From Escherichia coli (GTDB taxonomy: Bacteria; Pseudomonadota; Gammaproteobacteria; Enterobacterales; Enterobacteriaceae): a stretch of DNA of 64,000 bases. Made by a program: the position numbers and the translations under genes. Shown here piece after piece: positions 31,836 through 41,800 of the stretch; position 1 is the first letter of the stretch, and each line of letters opens with the position of its first letter. A model generated the notes under the pieces. It did not search any database, was not told the DNA's origin, and worked only from the letters and a program-made list of their open reading frames with translations. The stretch is taken from assembly GCF_003334305.1 (NCBI RefSeq), contig NZ_QOWS01000004.1; one strand, 5' to 3'.

Positions 31836-32657
31836 GGGAGTTCTACCGCAGGGGCGGGGAATTCTAAGTGATATCCATCATCGCATCCAGTGCGCCCGGT
31901 TTATCCCCGCTGGCGCGGGGAACACTCACGCGCTGTTACCCAGTCCCTTTTTTTCAGCGGTTTATCCCCGCTGGCGCGGGGAACACCGCCGCGGACTCAC
32001 GAGCAGACCATCACAGACCGGTTTATCCCCGCTGGCGCGGGGAACACGCAGACTATAACGAGGGTCGCACGCGGATCATCGGTTTATCCCCGCTGGCGCG
32101 GGGAACACTACCAAACCGGAATCTTTCCATATAACGGCGGCGGTTTATCCCCGCTGGCGCGGGGAACACTTACTCGCCGGGGAATACGCCCCGCGCCACG
32201 CCGGTTTATCCCCGCTGGCGCGGGGAACACCTTACTCATTCAGAACGCTGCATGAAATATGCCGGTTTATCCCCGCTGGCGCGGGGAACACACCCTCCAG
32301 ATCTCGGGTGTCGGTAATGAAAACGGTTTATCCCCGCTGGCGCGGGGAACACGAGCGCGTGCCGTGCCTGGGTTCATATGATGGCGGTTTATCCCCGCTG
32401 GCGCGGGGAACACGTGGTTGTTTAGGCGGGATTTGTTGCGTAAGTCGGTTTATCCCCGCTGGCGCGGGGAACACCCATTTCATCATGAACGGCGGAAATA
32501 TCGTGGCGGTTTATCCCCGCTGGCGCGGGGAACACTCGTTTCAGTTCAGTTAGATTTATATCCAGCGCGGTTTATCCCCGCTGGCGCGGGGAACACGCTG
32601 GCCGTCGTTTTTACTCAGTAACCGCCAACGGTTTATCCCCGCTGGCGCGGGGAACAC
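31836..32657 (-). CRISPR. Type I-E CRISPR array (cas-adjacent): 13 perfect 29-nt repeats plus 1 degenerate terminal repeat, 13 spacers of 32 nt
   Basis: The repeat CGGTTTATCCCCGCTGGCGCGGGGAACAC (plus strand) starts at 31897 and recurs every 61 nt up to 32629. I checked all 13 copies by hand and they are identical. A degenerate copy lies at 31836-31864 (18/29 identities). The leader is on the cas2 side, so the crRNA strand is minus: GTGTTCCCCGCGCCAGCGGGGATAAACCG. Confidence 0.98.
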
Positions 32658-32753
32658 ACTAAGCATACATAACTGTTTTTAAACAAATTTATTCCGCATC
32701 AACAATCTACCAACTAAATTAAAACATTTCCTTATTTTTAAAGAACGGATAAC
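32658..32753 (-). promoter_or_regulatory. CRISPR leader (AT-rich; promoter and integration signals)
   Basis: 96-nt AT-rich spacer between cas2 and the first repeat. It shares the blocks ACAATCTACCAACT and repeat-proximal GTTATGT with the second array's leader. Confidence 0.8.
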
Positions 32754-33963
<1,210 letters not shown>

Positions 33964-33967
<4 letters not shown>

Positions 33968-34614
33968 GCCTCTGCTCCGGGTTTGATCAGCATCAGACCA
34001 CAGCCGAACGCCCGGCTTTTGCCATACCCCTGACTGAGACGTTGCAGAAATAACCCGGGATCGGTGACCGTAAGCATCCCCGTATAATCCACGCTACTGA
34101 ACTGGATCAGTTGCCGGGTGTTTTCCCGCCGGGGTTGTTGTTGTCGGTAGGCATCAACCGAGGTATCCAGTAGTGTAAAACCACTTCTTTCCCCCTGCGC
34201 TGCCAGCCAGTCCAGCGCCGCCTGTTGTTGATGCAACCAGATATCACGCCCTTCCGCCTGCCCCTTCACCTGCCGTTTCGCCTCCATCAGCAGATCGTGG
34301 CGCTTGCCCGCTTTACAGATTGTTGGATTCGCCCGCAGGTTGAAACAAAGAGATTGTCCGGTACGCAGCTCGGACACAAATGGTCGGCATTCGATGGTGA
34401 AAGTTTCACTTTCCGCCGGGCGTGCCTGCGAGAGGACAAAAAAGCGAAACGCGCCCTGGAGTTCTTCCCGACGATAAAGAAATTGCCTTTCTTTGCCGCC
34501 AGGGAAGAGATCCCACAGCCACTGATGCATCACATATTCACCGCGATCCACCAGATGCAGCAACTGCGCAGGCGAAAGCTGGCCGGTATGTAAGGTTATT
34601 CTTGAGAGGTACAT
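33964..34614 (-). CDS. cas6e: crRNA endoribonuclease Cas6e (CasE/Cse3)
   Basis: 217 aa from MYLSRITLH (K-12 CasE begins MYLSK as I recall) with C-terminal GxGxxxxxGxG-like GKSRAFGCGLMLI. GGAGGA RBS 5 nt upstream of the ATG at 34614. The ORF-track start at 34752 is an in-frame extension inside cas5e. Confidence 0.88.
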
Positions 34615-35342
34615 GGTTCCTCCTTGCTGAGCCACGGCCCCTGATTGACGGTGCGTTCCCCAAACAGCCACTGCTGACGATTTAAAGGAACATCCCGGCG
34701 GCGTAATATTTTGCTCGCGACCAGGCCGTCGTGTTTCCCTTCCCACCAGCATTCATCCTGAAGTTTTGGGAGTGAGACTTTCAGTTTATGGAAATGATCC
34801 TGATACTGTTGGTATGCATTACATAAGGCATCACACGCGTTGCCTTCGAGCAGTAACGGCGCAAGAGGTAATGCCAGCGGATGACTTTTTCGCCCCAGAT
34901 AAAGCGGAAAAACTGGATGGCGTAAACCGTCCTGCAACTGTTCGAGGCTGTAAGGCGCATCGGCTGTTGTTGCCACCGCCACCATCCACCAGGCATCGGT
35001 GTAGTAGTCGCGCCGGGAGATAATCGCGCTCAAAAGCTCAGGGTCGCTCAACTCTTCGCGACGGCTGAAATAACGTGCTTTACGCACCTCTTTTGGCATC
35101 TGGACCGTGTGATAATCCCGTGCCCAGCGCGGGTTACGGCTGGCGCAAACCACCAGTGAATAGTGGCGATTAAACGCGTTTAAGCGTTCGGTATCATCAC
35201 GCCGAATCCCTACCCCGGCAGCCAGTAGCCCCAGCAATGCTGAGCGCGAAGGAAGTTCATGGGTATGACGAACTTCACCTGGAGCATCGCCCCCCCAGGA
35301 CGCCATCGGCCCATGAAGCTGAAAAATCAGATATTGGCTCAT
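34596..35342 (-). CDS. cas5e: Cascade subunit Cas5e (CasD)
   Basis: 248 aa MSQYLIFQLHGPMASWG, the characteristic Cas5 N-terminus. Confidence 0.9.
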   Translation of the reverse strand: MSQYLIFQLHGPMASWGGDAPGEVRHTHELPSRSALLGLLAAGVGIRRDDTERLNAFNRHYSLVVCASRNPRWARDYHTVQMPKEVRKARYFSRREELSDPELLSAIISRRDYYTDAWWMVAVATTADAPYSLEQLQDGLRHPVFPLYLGRKSHPLALPLAPLLLEGNACDALCNAYQQYQDHFHKLKVSLPKLQDECWWEGKHDGLVASKILRRRDVPLNRQQWLFGERTVNQGPWLSKEEPCTSQE

Positions 35343-35352
35343 AAGCCGCCCC

Positions 35353-36408
35353 TTACGCGCAGATAAAGTCCAGCACGTCCTTCATGCTTCCCTGTTTGTT
35401 CATCACGTCAAAACTTGCGCATTCGGTCTTCTGTTCGTAGACCGTATTCATGTTTTCGCGAAGCGTTGTAATACGCTGCACCGCCACATCTAACTGACGT
35501 GTGCCATTAATGGGTTCATAGAAAGCCGCCGCCAGAGAGCGTGGTTGATCGGTGCCTTTTTCTGCCAGCGCCCAGGAGGCGTAGGCACGGCTGGCAAAGC
35601 TGTTCTGTTTGCCGGTTGGGGAGACTTTAAGTGCGGCTTCCGTAAAGGCACGTATGGTCTGATTAGCTAACGCTTCGTCACCGCCAAGGTTTTCGACCAG
35701 CAGATCTTTATCAATGCAGATATAGGTGTAGAACAGTGCAGAACCGAATCCGGTTTCACCAAGATGCCCGGCACCGGCATCTTCAGAAGCCTGGCGCAAA
35801 TCATCAACGGCGGTGAAAAAATCATCTTCGACAATCGTTTCACTGACACCAAATGCGTGCGCTACCTGGCAGGCGGCTTCAACATTAAACTCGGGTTTAT
35901 TCGCCAGCATACGACCAGACATGGCAATATCTACCGCCATACGGTCTTTGCGTAACAACGCGAGATCTTCCTCTTTTGGCGCGCGCTTTTCTTCTGCAAG
36001 CTGATGGGCCAGCGCTTTTACGGCGTCAAATTCTGCCGGGCTGATATGGACTAACTGTTCAGTTTCGGCGTTAGTGAGCGGATCTTTTGGTTTTTTGTCG
36101 TTTTTAGCTTTCCCAAGATAATCTGCAATTTTTGCCGCCCATTCGATGGCTTTTTTCTCTTCGATTCCTTTCTCAATCAGGATAGTTGCCGCCTCACGCG
36201 CAATACGCCCACTGCGAATACCAATATGGCCCGCCAGTGCCTGTTCAAAAAGTGCAGAAGTGCGCCACGCACGTTTCAGACTTTTCGAGGAAACGCGCAG
36301 ACGCGTTGCTCCACCCAGCACCACAGTTTTTGGCGCACCGGTATCATCACGGTTAAGGTTGGCAGCAGGGTAAGCGGTTAACAAATGAAGCTGAATAAAT
36401 GTTGTCAT
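35353..36408 (-). CDS. cas7e: Cascade backbone subunit Cas7e (CasC/Cse4)
   Basis: 351 aa MTTFIQLHLLTAYPAANLNRDDTGAPK, the typical Cas7e N-terminus. Confidence 0.9.
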   Translation of the reverse strand: MTTFIQLHLLTAYPAANLNRDDTGAPKTVVLGGATRLRVSSKSLKRAWRTSALFEQALAGHIGIRSGRIAREAATILIEKGIEEKKAIEWAAKIADYLGKAKNDKKPKDPLTNAETEQLVHISPAEFDAVKALAHQLAEEKRAPKEEDLALLRKDRMAVDIAMSGRMLANKPEFNVEAACQVAHAFGVSETIVEDDFFTAVDDLRQASEDAGAGHLGETGFGSALFYTYICIDKDLLVENLGGDEALANQTIRAFTEAALKVSPTGKQNSFASRAYASWALAEKGTDQPRSLAAAFYEPINGTRQLDVAVQRITTLRENMNTVYEQKTECASFDVMNKQGSMKDVLDFICA

Positions 36409-36419
36409 GAGATAGTCCT

Positions 36420-36956
36420 TTATTGATTTTGTTCGTTATCGGCGTCGCCAGCCTGGTAATATTCCAGCGCCCAGCGGATACGGATAAATTCGGTTGGCCG
36501 CTGCTGGCGGCGGTGATGATTGAGCAGGTCGTCGCTCTCCTGGCACCAACGGAAGACCCCCTCTGCCAGAGAGTCAAGATTGACGGAACCGTTTAATAAT
36601 CTGACTGCGCGGCGTAACTGGCGCAGTAATTCATCCGGTGTTTTTACTGCCGACAGACGAGTAAAACGCCCCTTTGACATTACCGCCGCCAGCTGCGCGG
36701 CAAAAGGCTGCCGTTCATCAATAGCTTTAACATTGGCGCTAACTGCGGCTATCAGCGCCAGTGCGGTGATACGCCACTCAGGTTCATCCTGCCACTTTAT
36801 TTGTCTGTTCTTCAGAAACAGGCGAAATCCATCCGTCAGACAAACATCATTAACCGTCGTACTACGCCGCAGACTGGCACGTTCGCCACGTTTCTCCTGC
36901 AATTCCTCGTGCCATTTGCGCAGCGTGGCTTTGTGCTCCTCTTTTACAATACTCAT
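36420..36956 (-). CDS. cse2: Cascade small subunit Cse2 (CasB)
   Basis: 178 aa, helical and Arg-rich, in the canonical position between cse1 and cas7e. Confidence 0.85.
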   Translation of the reverse strand: MSIVKEEHKATLRKWHEELQEKRGERASLRRSTTVNDVCLTDGFRLFLKNRQIKWQDEPEWRITALALIAAVSANVKAIDERQPFAAQLAAVMSKGRFTRLSAVKTPDELLRQLRRAVRLLNGSVNLDSLAEGVFRWCQESDDLLNHHRRQQRPTEFIRIRWALEYYQAGDADNEQNQ

Positions 36957-38515
36957 TCAGCAGCCTCCTGCTTTTTCTCCCTGGCGGCTTTAGCACTTTG
37001 CTTCTCCGCCGATGTTGTGAAATATTTCTTGCGCGCGGTCATAACGCGTTTCAAATCAACAGGCTCATATGGATTGGTGAATACACGCTCGTCAAAATCC
37101 TGACGCGCGAATAACCAAATTTCCTTTTGCCATTTGCCGAGTAATTCGTCCGCATCCTGACCTTCTTCAATTTGGCGCACTAACCTCAGGAAGCGATGCT
37201 GAGTTTTGTTCCAGAAGTCGATATCCACAAAACTGAAATCACCCCGTGCACCTTTTGGATCGGAGAACCACGCTTCTTTCAATGCACTTCGTAACAGACT
37301 TAGAATCCGTGAAGCCGTTTGCGCAGCCAGACGCAGTTTCGGTATCTGGCCTTCTTTTTTCTTGAGCAGCAGCGGGAAATGGTGTTCGTACCAACAGCGC
37401 GCTTTCATGTTGTCGAAATCATAGCCAAATCCCCACAGGCCTACTTTTGCCTGTTTCAGACTGCTGGCATTAAAGAGTTTCACCACCAGCGCGGGAAGTT
37501 CCGTATTGTTTTCTGATTTACCCGTTTCGATAAGGCCTAACCAGTCGCGCCAGATTAAACCGCCCGGTTGTGGTTTGACCGAGTAAAACTCGCCCCCCTC
37601 TTTAAGTGGTATACGGTAAGGCGTTAAGGGATGCTGCCACATGGCATAATTCGCACCGTAATTTTTGGTCGTCATCAGGCTCAGGAGCGCGTCGCTCTGT
37701 TCACCGCAAATATCGCAGTTGCCGACTGTCGTGGTATTAAAATCAATACGAATACGGCGCGGCATTCCCCAGTAAGCCTGGAGTTTATTGACCTGATCAT
37801 GGGTTACCACCGCACCGGCCAGTTCGCTGGTTCGCGTCGGGCCAAGCCAGGGGAAAACCAGATCGTCAAATTTTTTGGGTAGCGGTAAGTCGGCTTCATC
37901 CTGCGGCATCACATTGGGCCACAGTTTGCGCCACAAGGGCGTTTGTTGATTGCCTTGATATTCCTGTAATTCAATCAGAGTGGTCATCGGCCCACCGCCG
38001 CGCAAACCGGTGCGATAGCCTTTGCCGCCTGATGGCGCATTTAACTGTAGGGAGAACAGAGCTAACGCGGAACAATGAGGGCATACGTGTTCAGTCACGC
38101 CACGCTTAATAAAGTGGTCTTTATTAAACTTCGTTGTTTGAGCGCCGGGAATCTCAGGCAGTAGCGAAGCGACCTGAACTTTATCTCCCTTGAGCGCCTC
38201 GAAATCCTGCATAAATGAAGGGGAATCTGCCCCAAACTGGAAAGCGTGTTCTAAGGACAGCAATGCTTCCCGTAGCTTTTCAGCCTCCAGTCCGTCTTCC
38301 CAGATATCATCCCAACGACCGTGATTTTTGGGCGCGAAGCTGGTTTGTAGTAGCCCCAGCAAAAACTGCCAGGCCGCACCCTGGAGATCTGCCCGCGGCG
38401 CAGCGATATCGACAACATTTTCATCAGCCAGATCGACTGGTGCCAGCTTGCCTGTCGTTCCGTCTTTAAAACGAACAGGCAACCACGGGGTTGTCAGAAG
38501 TGAAAACGAGTTCAT
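36953..38515 (-). CDS. cse1: Cascade large subunit Cse1 (CasA/Cas8e)
   Basis: About 520 aa from MNSFSLLTTPWLPVR (K-12 CasA begins MNLLIDNWIPVR as I recall), with an internal zinc motif CPHC...CDICG. GAGAGGA RBS upstream of the ATG at 38515. An alternative ATG lies at 38521, and the ORF-track start at 38584 is probably too early. Confidence 0.85.
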   Translation of the reverse strand: MNSFSLLTTPWLPVRFKDGTTGKLAPVDLADENVVDIAAPRADLQGAAWQFLLGLLQTSFAPKNHGRWDDIWEDGLEAEKLREALLSLEHAFQFGADSPSFMQDFEALKGDKVQVASLLPEIPGAQTTKFNKDHFIKRGVTEHVCPHCSALALFSLQLNAPSGGKGYRTGLRGGGPMTTLIELQEYQGNQQTPLWRKLWPNVMPQDEADLPLPKKFDDLVFPWLGPTRTSELAGAVVTHDQVNKLQAYWGMPRRIRIDFNTTTVGNCDICGEQSDALLSLMTTKNYGANYAMWQHPLTPYRIPLKEGGEFYSVKPQPGGLIWRDWLGLIETGKSENNTELPALVVKLFNASSLKQAKVGLWGFGYDFDNMKARCWYEHHFPLLLKKKEGQIPKLRLAAQTASRILSLLRSALKEAWFSDPKGARGDFSFVDIDFWNKTQHRFLRLVRQIEEGQDADELLGKWQKEIWLFARQDFDERVFTNPYEPVDLKRVMTARKKYFTTSAEKQSAKAAREKKQEAAE

Positions 38516-38612
38516 ACGCATCCTCTCGTAAAAAAGACCATCCCAGGTCGGTTGTCCATCTTTCCATCCTTTTCGGTGTATCAACTATTCAGAGAGTCCT
38601 GTCGCAGACATC

Positions 38613-41312
38613 TCAACCAACCTTGCCAATCAATCCTTCCGTAGCCGAATACCCGCAACTTTCGTCATCGTTGACTAAAATCACGTTTGCCATCTCCGGA
38701 TCTTGTCGCTGTTCAATGCACCACAGCCTGAACGCCTCTCCCTCCAGTAAAGAAAACTCATCCCGATGTTTTTTCCACCAGCTTCGGCGCACTCTGACAA
38801 CGCTCATTTCCCATGCGTGAGCACCGGTGGCATAAGGCTTCACCACACCGTCAATACAGGTAGCCAGCCACAGGGAAACAGACTCCTCAGCCAGACGTGT
38901 CGACAGTTTTTCCGGGAGGTAATCGTTGATATTGGCGGCATAGCCGGGCCTGAAGTTCAGCACAAACTTTTTAGCCATTGCGCGATCGCAGTAATATTTG
39001 CCCACTTGCTCCTGCTCGCTGCGGGCAAATCCTTCCGGCATTACCACGTCCTCACCGTAGACGGATTCAATAAGAAGCCGGGCTGCGTATGGCATCTGAA
39101 TAGCACCTTGCTCACGCAGCACACGCTGCGTCAGCCAGATTCGCCCATGATCGGGATAGACAAATGCACTGTTACGCATGGCACTGCCAAACCATTCGTC
39201 GCCAGGAGAGTCGTCCCAGACGGGAGCCAGAATCAGCAATTCAGGGGGGGAACGCTCGTCCTTTCCGTCACGCTTTAACTGACCATTAATATCGCGGATA
39301 TGCCGCTGTAATCGTCCTGCTCGCTGAATCAGCAAATCAACAGGGGCCAGGTCGGAGATCATTTCGTCCAGGTCAATATCCACGCTTTGCTCAATTACTT
39401 GTGTACAAACAATGACTTGCGACGCTCTCTGTAAACTACAATATTTACCAAAGCGTGCCAGTGTCTCCGTTTCAATTCGCTGGCGATCGCTAAAAGCAAA
39501 GCGGCTATGAAAAAGTGAAAGGCTGGAAGCAGGAATGACGCCGCGGGCAAGCAGCTGACGATGAACCTTAATAGCGTCATCGACAGAATTCCGGATCCAG
39601 GCGATGCATTTCCCCTGACTTACCGCCGATTCGATACGCGCAATACACTCTTGTTCACTATGAAGCCAACCCACGCTGACGCTACGCTCAACGTCTTTGC
39701 GCGTCGCTACCCGGTGTGAGTTCACATCGGATTTCGTGACATGCGTCAGCCAGGGGTAATCATCCTTTTCCAGGAACGGAGCTTCTTGCAGGCCCTCTGT
39801 ACCCCGCGCAAAGGCAGCGACGAGTTTGTCGCGCTGCTGTTGAGATAACGTGGCAGAAAGCAAAATAACGCTGTTTCCGCCACGCGCCTGCCGCTCGATC
39901 AACCCTTCAAGAATGCACGACATGTAAGCGTCACAGGCGTGGATCTCATCAGCCAGCAGGATTTTGTTACTCAGCCCCAGAAGCCGCAGATTATTATGTT
40001 TGAACGGCATCACCGCCATCATCGCCTGATCCAGCGTGCCGACGCCAATTTCAGCCAGCAACGCCTTCTTGTTACTGTCGGCAAACCAGGCCGCACATCC
40101 CTGACTGAACGTTTGTTCATCCGGTTCTTCTGACCCGACTAAATCACCAGACCAGAGTGATTCATTAAAGCGGTCCATTAATGTGCGGGCACTATGTGCC
40201 AGCACCAGGCTGGGGCGGGATTCTGGCGAATAGAAAGCAAGCCAGGTTTTGACCAGCCGATCGTACATGGCATTGGCCGTTGCCATTGTTGGCAGACCAA
40301 AAAACAGCCCCTGAGCTTTCCCCGCAGCTATCAACCTGTGCGCCAGGATAAGCGCCGCTTCTGTTTTACCTGCGCCAGTCACATCTTCCAGAATAAATAA
40401 CTGCGGTCCTTGCTGGCTGATATCCAGATCCAGCACCTTTTGCTGTAACGGTGTCGGATTCTCAATAAAAGGAAACAGCGTATTAATTCCGTTGAAAGGC
40501 GCGACTTTTGCTTTTAGAGGAAAGACGGTTAAGGCGTTTTGAGCCTGAATTAAAGTTTTCTGCCAGTAACCTTTAATATCCATTGGGTGTGCGACGCGTG
40601 GAAAAAATCGCGTTGACGAACCCGTCCAGTCTGCGAGCACGACGGTTGCAGAGATATACCAGGAAAGGTGTTTTATAAGTTCAATGCCCTCATCATCATC
40701 CCAGAATGCGGGGATCTCTATGAGCGGAAACAGTGGTTTGATTTCAAGGAGAAAATCTCGTGCTGCAGCTTTGTCTTCAGGCAGAAAATTATCCAATTCA
40801 TCCATACGATCAGGGGGCCGACCATGATGCCCTGTCGTCACGGGCATCCACATTTCTATCACTCGCCTAAGTTTGCGCGGAGAGAGCGAAGATGAAGGAA
40901 GTAACTCCTGACATTCACTTAAATAATGATTCCACAACCAGTAGCCCAGCGTTGAATGAGAGATTTTTTCGTAATTTTTTCTGGCACCTTCCTGAATCTT
41001 GAGTTCAGGGGGCAGGTAAAGTTGTTGAAAAGAGCGGGCAAATTTTCCAATATCGTGCCAGCACAGCAACCAGGCGAAAAATTGAGCCGCCTGTTCCTTG
41101 TCAGAAATCCCTAATTGACGAAAATAATCAGCCAGCCCGAAGCAATTTCTTTTAACCATTAAATAGCCCATCGCGGCTACATCCAGCGAATGCCAGCAAA
41201 GAAGGTGATAGTCGTCGCCCCCGTCTTTCTCGCCGCGTCGGGTTTTTCCCCAGAAATCAAAAAAAGTCACAATATTTTTATCCTTCAGTAAACTTAAAGG
41301 ATATTTACGCAT
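38613..41312 (-). CDS. cas3: CRISPR nuclease-helicase Cas3 (HD domain + SF2 helicase)
   Basis: 899 aa with HD motifs (HSLDVAA, WHDIGKF), Walker A TGAGKTEA and a DEAH-like ADEIHACD. No clear SD at the annotated ATG, so the exact start is uncertain. Confidence 0.92.
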   Translation of the reverse strand: MRKYPLSLLKDKNIVTFFDFWGKTRRGEKDGGDDYHLLCWHSLDVAAMGYLMVKRNCFGLADYFRQLGISDKEQAAQFFAWLLCWHDIGKFARSFQQLYLPPELKIQEGARKNYEKISHSTLGYWLWNHYLSECQELLPSSSLSPRKLRRVIEMWMPVTTGHHGRPPDRMDELDNFLPEDKAAARDFLLEIKPLFPLIEIPAFWDDDEGIELIKHLSWYISATVVLADWTGSSTRFFPRVAHPMDIKGYWQKTLIQAQNALTVFPLKAKVAPFNGINTLFPFIENPTPLQQKVLDLDISQQGPQLFILEDVTGAGKTEAALILAHRLIAAGKAQGLFFGLPTMATANAMYDRLVKTWLAFYSPESRPSLVLAHSARTLMDRFNESLWSGDLVGSEEPDEQTFSQGCAAWFADSNKKALLAEIGVGTLDQAMMAVMPFKHNNLRLLGLSNKILLADEIHACDAYMSCILEGLIERQARGGNSVILLSATLSQQQRDKLVAAFARGTEGLQEAPFLEKDDYPWLTHVTKSDVNSHRVATRKDVERSVSVGWLHSEQECIARIESAVSQGKCIAWIRNSVDDAIKVHRQLLARGVIPASSLSLFHSRFAFSDRQRIETETLARFGKYCSLQRASQVIVCTQVIEQSVDIDLDEMISDLAPVDLLIQRAGRLQRHIRDINGQLKRDGKDERSPPELLILAPVWDDSPGDEWFGSAMRNSAFVYPDHGRIWLTQRVLREQGAIQMPYAARLLIESVYGEDVVMPEGFARSEQEQVGKYYCDRAMAKKFVLNFRPGYAANINDYLPEKLSTRLAEESVSLWLATCIDGVVKPYATGAHAWEMSVVRVRRSWWKKHRDEFSLLEGEAFRLWCIEQRQDPEMANVILVNDDESCGYSATEGLIGKVG

Positions 41313-41506
41313 ATATTAAAAATTATCTGTGATATATATCATTCAATAAAATATTTACATTATGAATAATCAAATAATTTTCATCCGTAATATATATGAA
41401 TAATAAACATAGGCATAATATTCACATAAACAATATAAATTAAAAAAGGGTGCAGGAGACCAAACCATCACAATTCAGTACGCGGGGTTTTACCCCCGCG
41501 TGGTGG

Positions 41507-41659
41507 CTACTTCTTCGATTCGTAAGCGAGAACTGCCTTAAACTCCATACCACGTTCTCTGATACTCAACTCACACAACGAGTCGCCTACCATCAGCGTG
41601 AATCCCAGTACTGTAAAACACAGCACTATGATTGCCACAAGGGCATATTTTGTCAGCAT
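41507..41659 (-). CDS. hok: Hok-family type I toxin (50 aa membrane peptide)
   Basis: My translation is [50 protein letters not shown]. It has an N-terminal TM helix and conserved Cys residues, and is very close to the HokE-type sequence as I remember it. GGAGG RBS. Not in the ORF track because it is under 60 aa. Confidence 0.85.
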   Translation of the reverse strand: MLTKYALVAIIVLCFTVLGFTLMVGDSLCELSIRERGMEFKAVLAYESKK

Positions 41660-41757
41660 GTCTTGCCTCCCTGCAAAGAAGAGACTAACATTCGAATTGT
41701 TTGGGTTCGAACGTAAGCCTCAGGTTGATAGAAATATCGCCTGGGGCTTTTGTCCAT
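41653..41757 (-). CDS. mok: mok-like leader ORF translationally coupled to hok
   Basis: 34-codon [41 protein letters not shown] lies 7 nt upstream. Its stop overlaps the hok start (ATGCTGA). Confidence 0.5.
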   Translation of the reverse strand: MDKSPRRYFYQPEAYVRTQTIRMLVSSLQGGKTC

Positions 41758-41800
41758 CTGGAACCTCGCGAATGCTTAACGCCAGACAGCCTCAAGCACC
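41741..41800 (+). ncRNA. sok: Putative Sok-type antisense RNA (coordinates approximate)
   Basis: Plus strand has TTCGAA-N17-(TGa)TAGAAA at 41706-41734, a promoter with an extended -10. The predicted transcript is antisense to the mok SD and start and to the hok mRNA 5' end. No clean U-tract terminator is visible. Confidence 0.3.

Noticed and set aside
31868-32621. ORF-track entries 31868-32134, 31890-32255, 32308-32553 and 32418-32621, with recurring peptides VYPRWRGEH, LSPLARGT and FIPAGAGNT.
   Set aside because: They are three-frame translations of the 29-nt CRISPR repeat, which recurs every 61 nt. The peptide periodicity mirrors the repeat, so they are not genes.
32597-32628. The newest spacer of array 1 contains CTGGCCGTCGTTTT, which resembles the lacZ-alpha / M13 universal primer region (CACTGGCCGTCGTTTTACAACGTC). 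I considered a lacZ self-target or a vector-derived spacer.
   Set aside because: The match is only about 14 contiguous nt, followed by an extra T and unrelated sequence. That is far short of a 32-nt protospacer and is most likely coincidence. Only a BLAST search can settle it.
34615-34752. 46-codon N-terminal extension of cas6e in the ORF track (MLVGRETRRPG...).
   Set aside because: The extension lies inside cas5e and has no RBS. The internal ATG at 34614 has a GGAGGA RBS and gives the conserved MYLS... Cas6e N-terminus.
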